Origin: Coprobacillaceae bacterium
Lineage (GTDB): Bacteria; Bacillota_I; Bacilli_A; Erysipelotrichales; Coprobacillaceae
Assembly: GCA_963675515.1 (NCBI GenBank)
Contig: OY776328.1
Coordinates: 2,250,001 to 2,282,000 of the forward strand
Direction: 5' to 3'
DNA: 32,000 bases
How positions within the stretch are numbered: the stretch's first letter is position 1; each line of letters begins with the position of its first letter. The translations under genes and the position numbers were made by a program. Of this stretch, positions 24,566-32,000 are shown one piece after another. Under the pieces are notes generated by a model. The model saw nothing but the letters and a program-made list of their open reading frames with translations, was not told the origin of the DNA and did no database searches.

Positions 24566-25797
24566 TATCGTGCAACCACTGTCGGCAAAATCCCGTTTTC
24601 CAGACAGTATTGTTCAAATGTGATATTCGCTTCAGTTATTTCCTGGGCAACCTCGACCCCGACATACCTGAAATGCCACGGTTCATGGGCGATTCCAGTC
24701 AGTTCGCTGGTCGATTCGGGATAACGGTTGATGAAACCATATTTGGCCGCATTAGCCAATACCCACTTATATTCAGCTGTATCACCAAAAGTGATCTTCG
24801 TACCATCGACAACCGACTGGCTCGTCAAATCGATTCCAAGACCGGTCTGATGTTCGCTGGCTCCTGGCAAGGCAACATATTGGGAAGCGTACAATCCGCC
24901 GTAGCGACTTTCAAAATCCTGATATGTCTGGGACTGGACTGTATACGAGCGATAGCCGCTGTTGAACACCAGGTCCAACCCTTCCGCCTTGGCATCTTCG
25001 TACATCTGTTTCAAGGCATCGGCCACAACCTGGCGGACCATAGGGTTTTGACAATCAGGAGCGATTGGCATCGGTGCTTCAACCAGGTCACTTGGTTCAT
25101 ATGAGCTTTCAAGATAGAATCCGGCTTTTACCAGTGTCAGGATCTCATCGGGATTGGTGATTGTATAGCCCCGGCCGCTATAGGCGCTGGTTGAAAGAAT
25201 GAACGGATAGTTGACTATTCCAACCGTGTAGGTCGGATTGTCGTTTTGCTTGTCAGCTTCGATATAGGCTTCCATGTTCTTGACCATGTAGCCATCGACT
25301 TCCAGATACTCTTCGATATCGGTGGCACTCAGGTCGTTTTCGATAAGATACTCGAAATCGCTGATGGAAACATTATTGCCAACCATCTCCCAGATTCCAG
25401 CATCATCGAATCCAAGATCAATCAATTGAGAATAGATCTCACCATTGAGTTCATCGACATAGCTGACGATTTCAGCTGGTTCGATTTCCGGGAATTGCCC
25501 GTAGTAACGTTCGTAATCATCGTAATTTACCGGAGTCGCTTCCAGCTCCTGCCAGGTATCGAAATTTTCCATGAAATCCGCCGCCAATATCTCGTTTTCA
25601 GCTTCGCTTTCCATAGCGACAATCTGGTTGGCCTGGGTGAAACTATAGCCCTTGACCAAGGCCCGGATCCGGTTGAAATTCAAAAATACGACAGCAGCGA
25701 CAATCACCACAACCAGGGCGATTATCCCAAAAACCTTAAAATTGTTGTTGCTTCTTCTACCATATGAATAGCTATATGAATTGCTTTTTCTTAGCAC
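24565..25797 (-). CDS. M15B (VanY/LdcB-like) D-alanyl-D-alanine carboxypeptidase, membrane anchored
   Basis: 410 aa with a GTG start at 25797 and an AAGGAGA RBS 8 nt upstream. A TM helix (FGIIALVVVIVAAVVFL) is followed by an acidic spacer. The C-terminal motifs are SGYRSY, SEHQTGLGIDL and EPWHFRYVG. Confidence 0.8.
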   Translation of the reverse strand: MLRKSNSYSYSYGRRSNNNFKVFGIIALVVVIVAAVVFLNFNRIRALVKGYSFTQANQIVAMESEAENEILAADFMENFDTWQELEATPVNYDDYERYYGQFPEIEPAEIVSYVDELNGEIYSQLIDLGFDDAGIWEMVGNNVSISDFEYLIENDLSATDIEEYLEVDGYMVKNMEAYIEADKQNDNPTYTVGIVNYPFILSTSAYSGRGYTITNPDEILTLVKAGFYLESSYEPSDLVEAPMPIAPDCQNPMVRQVVADALKQMYEDAKAEGLDLVFNSGYRSYTVQSQTYQDFESRYGGLYASQYVALPGASEHQTGLGIDLTSQSVVDGTKITFGDTAEYKWVLANAAKYGFINRYPESTSELTGIAHEPWHFRYVGVEVAQEITEANITFEQYCLENGILPTVVAR

Positions 25798-26357
25798 TTA
25801 TTTTTCTCCTTAAATTCCAAATATTGTTGTTTGCCCGATTGATACTGGTCATTTCCGTAAATGTCATTGATGACGACCAGGGGCATGTCCTTGACTTCAA
25901 GCCGTCTGATGGCTTCGGGCCCCAGGTCCTCAAATGCGATTACCTGAGAGCTTAGCACACAATTGCCTATCAAAGCTCCGGTTCCCCCGATCGCCCCGAA
26001 ATAGACACCCTGATATTTCACAATGGCGTCCTTGACTTCCTGGTTTCGATCACCCTTGCCAATCATAGTCTTGAGCCCCAATGAAATAAGTTTTGGCGCG
26101 AAGCTGTCCATCCGGTATGATGTGGTCGGACCGCCGCTGCCAAAAACCTCACCAGGTTTGGTCGGAGTCGGTCCGACATAGAAAATGGTGGCGTCCTGGA
26201 TATCGAAAGGAAGCTGTTCGTTGTTGTCGATAAGCCTGACCAGGCGGGCATGGGCCGCATCCCGGCCGGTATAGATTGTCCCGCTTAAAAGCACCTGGTC
26301 ACCGCTTTTTAGCTCTTTTAGCTTGTCTGTTGTAAGTGGGGTGTGCAAATGGATCAT
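25791..26357 (-). CDS. Fe-S hydro-lyase beta subunit (class I fumarate hydratase / L(+)-tartrate dehydratase type)
   Basis: 188 aa with LSGTIYTGRDAAHARL and GKGDR, typical of the FumA C-terminal / TtdB family. Its ATG overlaps the alpha-subunit stop (ATGA). Confidence 0.8.
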   Translation of the reverse strand: MIHLHTPLTTDKLKELKSGDQVLLSGTIYTGRDAAHARLVRLIDNNEQLPFDIQDATIFYVGPTPTKPGEVFGSGGPTTSYRMDSFAPKLISLGLKTMIGKGDRNQEVKDAIVKYQGVYFGAIGGTGALIGNCVLSSQVIAFEDLGPEAIRRLEVKDMPLVVINDIYGNDQYQSGKQQYLEFKEKNKC

Positions 26358-27199
26358 AGCGTTGCCTCCATATGGCGCGACACGTGACAGCAGATGGCAA
26401 CAGCCACCGGCAATCCGGCGATATGGGTCGGCATCGTCTCGATGTTCAACCCAAGAGCCGTAGTCTTACCGCCAAGACCCGCCGGACCGATTCCGGTCGC
26501 ATTTACGATTTCAAGCAATTCATCTTCCAAAGCGGCATAACGTGCGTCAAGATGATGGCTGCCGATTTTTCGAAGCATTGCCTGTTTGGCAAGATAGGCA
26601 ACCTTGTCGAACGATCCGCCGATTCCCACGCCCACAACGATTGGCGGACAGGGATTTGAAGATGCAGTGGTTACGACTTCCTCGACGAAGGCCTTCACTC
26701 CTGCGACTCCTTCGCTTGGTTTTAACATCTTGATTTTCGACATGTTTTCCGAACCGAACCCCTTTGGAGCGAATACAATCTTGAACCCGTCACCTTCGAC
26801 CAGGTCGATATAGATCAAAGCCGGGGTGTTGTCCTGGGTGTTCTTGCGCTCAAACAGGGGATCATCGACCACCGACTTGCGCAGATAGCCTTCCTGGTAC
26901 CCTTGGGCCACCCCTTTGTTTATGGCGTCTTTCAGGCTGCCCCCGGTTATTTGGACATCCTGCCCGATGGTAACATAGACATTGGCCATCCCGGTGTCCT
27001 GGCAGATCGGTTTGCATGAGGATTTGGCGATTTCATTGTTGTGTTGGATTGTCTTGAGCGTTTCCTTGGCCAACGGGAAATCCTCAGCCGCTATCGCCTT
27101 GTCCAGGGCGATTGAAACATCCTCAGGCAGCTCGACTGCCGCCTTTTTTGCCAGAGTGGCAATGATACTGGTTATATCTTCACATCTTACTTTTCTCAT
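26354..27199 (-). CDS. Fe-S hydro-lyase alpha subunit (class I fumarate hydratase / L(+)-tartrate dehydratase type)
   Basis: 281 aa with CQDTGMANVYV and additional conserved Cys residues, typical of the FumA N-terminal / TtdA family. Its ATG overlaps the RpiR stop (ATGA). Confidence 0.8.
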   Translation of the reverse strand: MRKVRCEDITSIIATLAKKAAVELPEDVSIALDKAIAAEDFPLAKETLKTIQHNNEIAKSSCKPICQDTGMANVYVTIGQDVQITGGSLKDAINKGVAQGYQEGYLRKSVVDDPLFERKNTQDNTPALIYIDLVEGDGFKIVFAPKGFGSENMSKIKMLKPSEGVAGVKAFVEEVVTTASSNPCPPIVVGVGIGGSFDKVAYLAKQAMLRKIGSHHLDARYAALEDELLEIVNATGIGPAGLGGKTTALGLNIETMPTHIAGLPVAVAICCHVSRHMEATL

Positions 27200-28020
27200 T
27201 TGATAATACTCCCTGCTACATTTGGATAAAATAAAGAATAATAACGCAGCGACATCAGTTCGATTGTCGCCAGAAGCGCGTGTTTTCCCACCCGGGCTTT
27301 CGCTTTGGATCCGATGATGATCCGGTGGGTGATTTTCATGTCCATGAATTTTTCACATTCCGGATTGCAGGTGATCAGGATGACCTTGCAGCCCGATTTC
27401 TTGATATAGGCCAGGGTCTTGTTGTTGCCGTTGGCATACAACCCGTTGACAGAAATGATCACCGCGATTGAATCCTCATCAAGATTCTGGGCGCAGTTGA
27501 GCTGGCGCTCATCATCAAGATAAGCCATCGTGAACTTTTCGAGCATCAGCAGATCCGTTTGGAAATGCAGGGCTATTGACTGGGAAAACTGGGTCCCAAA
27601 AAAAGCCACGCTTTCGGTTTTTTGAATCAGGTACAGGACCTTGTCGATTTCGCTCCAGTCAAGATAATTGGGAAGATCGAGAATGACATCGGAAACCTTG
27701 TTAGCATGATAGCTTACAGCCTCATTAGGTCTTTTGGTCATCAGATCGATGTCGACATCGATAAGGTTGTTGAATTTTTTCATATCTGAAGAGAATTCGG
27801 CACATTCCTGTTTCAAATGGGCGAAGTTCTCATATCCTAAAGCTCTACAGAATCTTGAAATTGTCGCGGGCGAAACGTAGCACTTCTTGGCCAGTTCGCT
27901 GATGCCCATCGTCGCAATTTCCGCAAAGTGGTGGGCCAGGTACCAACCGATATTGTAATTGGTATCATTATCATCAGCAGTATCCAAAAATATGATCAGT
28001 CGATAAAATAATTTTTTCAT
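27196..28020 (-). CDS. MurR/RpiR-family transcriptional regulator (HTH plus SIS domain)
   Basis: HTH segment ISELAKKCYVSPATISRFCRALGYENFAHLK, with a SIS-like C-terminal half. I chose the ATG at 28020 (AAGGAGG RBS 6 nt upstream) rather than the ORF-track start at 28047. Confidence 0.8.
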   Translation of the reverse strand: MKKLFYRLIIFLDTADDNDTNYNIGWYLAHHFAEIATMGISELAKKCYVSPATISRFCRALGYENFAHLKQECAEFSSDMKKFNNLIDVDIDLMTKRPNEAVSYHANKVSDVILDLPNYLDWSEIDKVLYLIQKTESVAFFGTQFSQSIALHFQTDLLMLEKFTMAYLDDERQLNCAQNLDEDSIAVIISVNGLYANGNNKTLAYIKKSGCKVILITCNPECEKFMDMKITHRIIIGSKAKARVGKHALLATIELMSLRYYSLFYPNVAGSIIK

Positions 28021-28406
28021 AGCGTTCCTCCTTGTGTCATTATACATTATTTCATTTTGTTTTTAAATTAAATTTTCCTGATTATGAAATTAAATCGTGT
28101 CAATATTTTCCTGTTTTTAACACACGAAACGCACCTTACCGGAACATTTAATTATTGTAAAAAGGCCGTTCTTAACATATGCCATGGATTGAATTAAATA
28201 AAATAGGTAGATTACATCAAGATATTTATGACATATGTCGGTTATGGCAAATAATTATGTGAAATTGACGCTATTAACATTTAGTTCATATTGAGTTCAC
28301 AAAACTGTCATATATTCTAGGTGTAGTAAGTTTCCTTGCTTGCTACATATGTAAATTTTCCCTTTTTTATAATAATTACTGTTTGGGTAGCCCTTAACCT
28401 GAACAA

Positions 28407-28445
28407 GGAGCAAAGATGTCCCCTCGTCTTTGCTCCAATTTTTTT
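28407..28445 (+). terminator. Plus-strand-oriented terminator-like hairpin with no annotated plus-strand gene upstream
   Basis: GGAGCAAAGA-tgtcccctcg-TCTTTGCTCC (10-bp stem), then aa and 7 T on the plus strand. Confidence 0.4.
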
Positions 28446-28446
28446 A

Positions 28447-28490
28447 CCAAAAAAGCGTCATTTCGAAGAAGTCTTCGATCTGGCGCTTTT
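28447..28490 (-). terminator. Probable terminator of argB
   Basis: On the minus strand, AAAAGCG...TCGAAGA-ct-TCTTCGA...CGCTTTTTTGG, a nested hairpin followed by a T6 run immediately after the argB stop codon. Confidence 0.5.
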
Positions 28491-29335
28491 TATCTTGATA
28501 TTTCCGTACCGATTCCTTGGGCCGTGAAGATTTCGATAATCATCGAATGCGGTTCGCGGCCGTCAAGGATATGGATTTTTTCGATCTTGTCCAAAGCGGC
28601 GATGCAGTTTTTTATCTTGACTGCCATCCCCCCCTCGATCACACCCTGGTCAATCAGGTTGTTGGCCATGGTCTCGTTGATATGGTGGATCAGCGAGTTT
28701 GGGTTGTTCACATTTGAAAGCACGCCTTTCTGGTCGGTGAGGAAAACCAGTTTGGATGCGTTCACACTGCGAGCCACTTCGGTAGCCACATCATCGGCAT
28801 TGACATTGTAGCCCTGGCCGGCATCGTCGACCCCGATTGAAGAAATCACCGGTGTATAGCCGAGTTCAAGAAGCGAGTTGATCAGGGTCGGATCGATCTC
28901 CTTGATCGTTCCCACATAACCGTAGTCAACGTTCTGTTCGACTTTGATCATCTGGCCGTCCTTGCCTGAAAGACCGACCGCCTTGACCTGATGTTCACCA
29001 AGGTAGCCAACCAGGTCCTTGTTCACCTTGCCACAAAGGACCATCTGCACGACTTCAAGGGTGTCCTCGTCAGTCACCCGCAAACCGTCCTTGAACTGTG
29101 ATTTTATCTTGGCCTTGTCGAGCCAGCGGTTGATTTCTTTCCCGCCACCATGGACAATGACCACTTTGATTCCCACGCTTTTCAAGACTGCGATGTCCTG
29201 AAGCACGCTCTTTTTGATTTCCTCGTTTTCCATTGCCGATCCGCCATACTTGACGACCATGATATGGCCGGAAAACTTCTGCATATAGCTAAGCGCATCT
29301 ACCAACACTTGCGCTGTCTGTTGTTCAGATATCAT
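28490..29335 (-). CDS. argB: Acetylglutamate kinase
   Basis: Motifs VVKYGGSAM, VIVHGGG and the amino-acid kinase fold. I chose the ATG at 29335 (TAAGGAGAAAGTGATG, where the RBS overlaps the argJ stop) rather than 29365, which lies inside argJ. Confidence 0.9.
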   Translation of the reverse strand: MISEQQTAQVLVDALSYMQKFSGHIMVVKYGGSAMENEEIKKSVLQDIAVLKSVGIKVVIVHGGGKEINRWLDKAKIKSQFKDGLRVTDEDTLEVVQMVLCGKVNKDLVGYLGEHQVKAVGLSGKDGQMIKVEQNVDYGYVGTIKEIDPTLINSLLELGYTPVISSIGVDDAGQGYNVNADDVATEVARSVNASKLVFLTDQKGVLSNVNNPNSLIHHINETMANNLIDQGVIEGGMAVKIKNCIAALDKIEKIHILDGREPHSMIIEIFTAQGIGTEISR

Positions 29336-29345
29336 CACTTTCTCC

Positions 29346-30569
29346 TTATGACCGGTAATCGGCATTGATTTTCACATAATCGTAGCTAAGGTCACATCCC
29401 CAAGCCCGAGCCGACTGGTCTCCTTCATGCATGTCGACCATGACATTGACCTTTTCATTGTCGATTATCTCAGTCGCTTTTTCTTCCGAATAATCGGTAG
29501 CCATCCCTTTTTCAACCAGTTTGATTTTTTGACCTTTGGCTTCAAGATAGATATCGACAATCGTGTCGTCGAAATCGACTCCGGCATAACCCATGGCGCA
29601 GAACAGCCGGCCCCAGTTGGCGTCATTTCCAAACATCGCTGTCTTGACCAGTGGTGAGGTGCAGATCGATTTGGCGATTATCTTGGCGTTTTTCTTGGAT
29701 GAACAGTTGACCACATCGACTTCAAGAAGCTTGGTCGCCCCTTCACCGTCTCCGGCAATCGCTTTGGCCAGATAAGTGCAGATGTAGCTCAAGGCCTCCT
29801 TGAACAGGTCATAGTCATGACCAGGTCCCACGATTTCCGGGTTGTGTGCAAGCGAGTTGGCCATGCAAAGGACCGTATCGTTGGTTGAAGTGTCACGGTC
29901 AACCGACACCATATTGAAGGTCTCATTGACAACGTCCTTGAGCATCTGGTCCAGGATCGTTTTTGAAATGTTGCAGTCAGTTGTGATGAAACCAAGCATG
30001 GTTGCCATATTTGGATGGATCATCCCCGAACCTTTGGCGCAGCAACCAAGGGTTACTGTCTTGCCTGAAAGTGAAACTTCGATGGCCATGTTCTTTGGTT
30101 TCGTATCAGTCGTCATGATGGCCGTAGCAACATCGATTCCGGCCTCTTCCGATTCGCTAAGCAGGTCGATTGCCTTAGGCAGACCGGCTTCGATGATGTC
30201 CATTGGCAATTGTTTTCCGATGACACCGGTCGAACAGATAAGAACTTCGTGTTCATCCAAGCCCAGGTTTTGGGCTACCAGACGGGCGAATCTCTGATTA
30301 TTCATTTCCCCGGCCACTCCGGTGCAGGCATTGGCAACGCCCGAATTGATGGCGATCACTTTTGCAGTCGAATAATTGTCGACGATGTTTTTATCCCAAA
30401 TGACCGGTGCCGCTTTGACAACGTTGGTTGTGAATGTCCCGACACACTTGGCTGGCACCTGTGATACGATCATCGCCAGGTCCTTTTTAGCTTTCTTGAT
30501 ACCGATATAGCAGCCAACACCCAGATATCCGATTGGTGAAGTTACTGTTCCATTTTCTATTATTTTCAT
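29346..30569 (-). CDS. argJ: Bifunctional glutamate N-acetyltransferase / amino-acid acetyltransferase (ornithine acetyltransferase)
   Basis: 407 aa. The autoproteolytic site context is PNMATMLGFITTD. The length and C-terminal YVKINADYRS are typical of ArgJ. Confidence 0.92.
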   Translation of the reverse strand: MKIIENGTVTSPIGYLGVGCYIGIKKAKKDLAMIVSQVPAKCVGTFTTNVVKAAPVIWDKNIVDNYSTAKVIAINSGVANACTGVAGEMNNQRFARLVAQNLGLDEHEVLICSTGVIGKQLPMDIIEAGLPKAIDLLSESEEAGIDVATAIMTTDTKPKNMAIEVSLSGKTVTLGCCAKGSGMIHPNMATMLGFITTDCNISKTILDQMLKDVVNETFNMVSVDRDTSTNDTVLCMANSLAHNPEIVGPGHDYDLFKEALSYICTYLAKAIAGDGEGATKLLEVDVVNCSSKKNAKIIAKSICTSPLVKTAMFGNDANWGRLFCAMGYAGVDFDDTIVDIYLEAKGQKIKLVEKGMATDYSEEKATEIIDNEKVNVMVDMHEGDQSARAWGCDLSYDYVKINADYRS

Positions 30570-30583
30570 AAGTTTCTCCTTGT

Positions 30584-31621
30584 CTAAAGACTGTTTGGTG
30601 CCTGGTCGATACCCATTGACTCTTCGATACCGTACATTATGTTCATGTTCTGGATTGCCTGGCCGGCCGCACCTTTGACCAAATTGTCCATCGCTCCTAC
30701 TACTATTATTCTATTACATCTCTGATCGATTTTAAAGTTAATATCGATATAATTCGAGCATCTTACGTTACGGATTTCCGGATACACGCCATCCTTCAAT
30801 ACTCGCAGGAATTTTTCATCTTCATACATCTTGTACGCATTTGCGACGTCTTCTTGACTAACCCCGGCTTTGAGGGTCGCATATGAGGTGGTGAGGATCC
30901 CGCGGTTGATTGGAATGAGATGCGGGGTGAAAGTCACATTGAATTTTTCTTCTCCTGCCCCGTTGAGAATCATCTCGATTTCCGGAGTGTGGCGGTGTGT
31001 GGCTATCCCGTAAGCCTTGACGCTTTCATTCACCTCGCAGAAGAGGTTAGGGATTTTGGCCGAGCGGCCCGCTCCCGAAGTTCCCGAAAGCGCATCGATG
31101 ATGATCGTCTCAGTTTCGATCAATCCCGCCTTTACCAAAGGGTACAGTGAAAGTGACGAGCAGGTCGGATAGCAACCCGGGTTGGCCAACAGGCGGGCAT
31201 CCTTGATCTTGTCACGGTTGATCTCGCAAAGACCGAAAACAGCATCTTCCATCATGTCCCAGCTGGGATGTCCACATTGGTACCACTGTTCATAGACATC
31301 CTGTTGATCAAGACGGTAGTCGGCTGACAAATCGATGACCTTCACCTTTTCAAGCATTTCCTTGGAAATCATTTTCGAAGCCACACCGTGTGGGGTCGCG
31401 AAGAACACCACATCGACCTGGTCGAGATAGTCTTCCAGGTTGTCACTGATCAGCTGGTCATCCACTATATTGAAATAGCTGCCATAGATATCACTGAAAT
31501 GTTCCTTTGCATATGAACGTGATGAAAGCCACACAATCCTAGCTTCCTTATGATTCAACAATAACCGCACCAATTCATTCCCACCGTATCCGGTCGCACC
31601 TATTATTCCTACTTTTACCAT
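30584..31621 (-). CDS. argC: N-acetyl-gamma-glutamyl-phosphate reductase
   Basis: MVKVGIIGATGYGG (NAD(P)-binding) and the catalytic Cys context ANPGCYPT. I chose the ATG at 31621 (AGGAGA RBS 7 nt upstream) rather than 31645. Confidence 0.92.
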   Translation of the reverse strand: MVKVGIIGATGYGGNELVRLLLNHKEARIVWLSSRSYAKEHFSDIYGSYFNIVDDQLISDNLEDYLDQVDVVFFATPHGVASKMISKEMLEKVKVIDLSADYRLDQQDVYEQWYQCGHPSWDMMEDAVFGLCEINRDKIKDARLLANPGCYPTCSSLSLYPLVKAGLIETETIIIDALSGTSGAGRSAKIPNLFCEVNESVKAYGIATHRHTPEIEMILNGAGEEKFNVTFTPHLIPINRGILTTSYATLKAGVSQEDVANAYKMYEDEKFLRVLKDGVYPEIRNVRCSNYIDINFKIDQRCNRIIVVGAMDNLVKGAAGQAIQNMNIMYGIEESMGIDQAPNSL

Positions 31622-31643
31622 TTTCTTTTCTCCTTTAAAATAC

Positions 31644-31672
31644 AAAAAAACGCCTCCAAAAAAGAGACGTTA
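31644..31672 (-). terminator. Attenuator terminator of the argCJB T-box leader
   Basis: On the minus strand, AACGTCTC-tttttt-GGAGGCGTT followed by 7 T. Its 5' arm lies directly 3' of the T-box sequence. Confidence 0.7.
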
Positions 31673-31877
31673 TTAACGCGATACCACTCTACTTGCCATC
31701 AGTCGACCTGATGACCTCTCTCACTGATAAGGGCAGTTACCCGAAAGTTATACTTGGTTTCCAACTTTCCTCTCCAAAATGCGCTTGGGATTAATTCCGT
31801 CACTGACCTTGCACCGTCGTCAGCTCGCTTTAGACTTCCTTAATCTTACTCTTTTTGTCATCGAGTTCAATTTATTT
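31646..31877 (-). promoter_or_regulatory. T-box riboswitch leader, probable Arg (CGC) specifier
   Basis: Read on the minus strand. Stem I elements are AGAGTAA, AGCGAG and GGTGCAA. The helix GATTAA/TTAATC is followed by CCAAG-CGC-A (CGC at 31783-31781). An F-box-like CCCTTA is present. The T-box sequence AGAGTGGTATCGCG lies at 31690-31677, followed by the terminator. Confidence 0.75.
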
Positions 31878-31883
31878 AAGTTA

Positions 31884-31911
31884 ATTATAGACAATAACTT
31901 TATTTTGTCAA
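31884..31911 (-). promoter_or_regulatory. Sigma-A-type promoter of the T-box/argCJB transcript
   Basis: On the minus strand, TTGACA (31906-31911), a 16-nt spacer, then TATAAT (31884-31889). An A-tract lies upstream of the -35. Confidence 0.65.
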
Positions 31912-32000
31912 TATTTTTTTCATTTAATCATAAATTTGTTTGGATTATTCTTCTTTTCCTAAAGTTGCCACCAAAACAGACTTGATGGTATGCATCCGGT

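Noticed and set aside
24610-25767. 164-aa and 173-aa plus-strand ORFs (24610-25104 and 25246-25767)
   Set aside because: Both are antisense to the VanY-like gene, with no RBS or motifs. They are shadow ORFs.
28181-28264. 27-codon small ORF (MPWIELNKIGRLHQDIYDICRLWQIIM) in the rpiR-argB spacer
   Set aside because: There is no RBS upstream and no supporting feature. It is indistinguishable from a chance ORF.
28416-28811. 131-aa plus-strand ORF with an apparent AAGGAG RBS 5 nt upstream of its ATG
   Set aside because: The RBS-like sequence and the ATG form the stem and loop of the hairpin at 28407-28436. The ORF runs antisense through argB and has low-complexity composition.
29842-30297. 151-aa plus-strand ORF
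   Set aside because: It is antisense to argJ and is a shadow ORF.
31945-32000. Open minus-strand frame ending ...RMHTIKSVLVATLGKEE* (stop at 31945-31947), possibly the 3' end of a gene upstream of the arg promoter
   Set aside because: Only 18 codons are visible at the window edge. That is too short to assign a product or even to be sure it is coding.
1-32000. Search by eye for CRISPR repeats, tRNA/rRNA genes, intact IS elements, and toxin-antitoxin or defence-type gene pairs
   Set aside because: I saw no regularly spaced direct repeats, no cloverleaf-like or rRNA-like conserved segments, and no intact transposase. The only mobile-element trace is the decayed fragment at 5688-5859.

Overview
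This window is chromosomal DNA from a low-GC Gram-positive (Bacillota-like) bacterium. Supporting signs are AGGAG-type ribosome-binding sites, many TGnTATAAT extended -10 promoters, two T-box leaders, and TGA used as a stop codon. Most genes lie on the minus strand.

Gene content from left to right:
- htrA (partial), phoH, rpsU and map.
- A DAHP synthase behind a Tyr-type T-box.
- A TetR regulator.
- A decayed patch holding a transposase remnant and a GNAT remnant, next to a GNAT gene.
- aroD and ppk1.
- A ten-gene V/A-type ATPase operon (9998-19836). It has an unusual gene order and an extra, C-terminally truncated subunit-I paralog.
- An aminopeptidase-P-like M24 peptidase.
- A B12-binding-type radical SAM gene translationally coupled to an orphan ATP-cone protein.
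- A tightly coupled block of an RpiR regulator, a two-subunit Fe-S hydro-lyase and a VanY-like peptidase.
- argCJB behind a second T-box, probably Arg-specific.

I found no rRNA, tRNA, CRISPR array or intact mobile element. The best candidate for an undescribed system is the radical SAM plus ATP-cone pair (21785-24530). The split or duplicated subunit-I arrangement in the V-ATPase operon comes second. All functional calls rest on motifs I read in the supplied translations or in my own reverse-complement reading. No database search was run.
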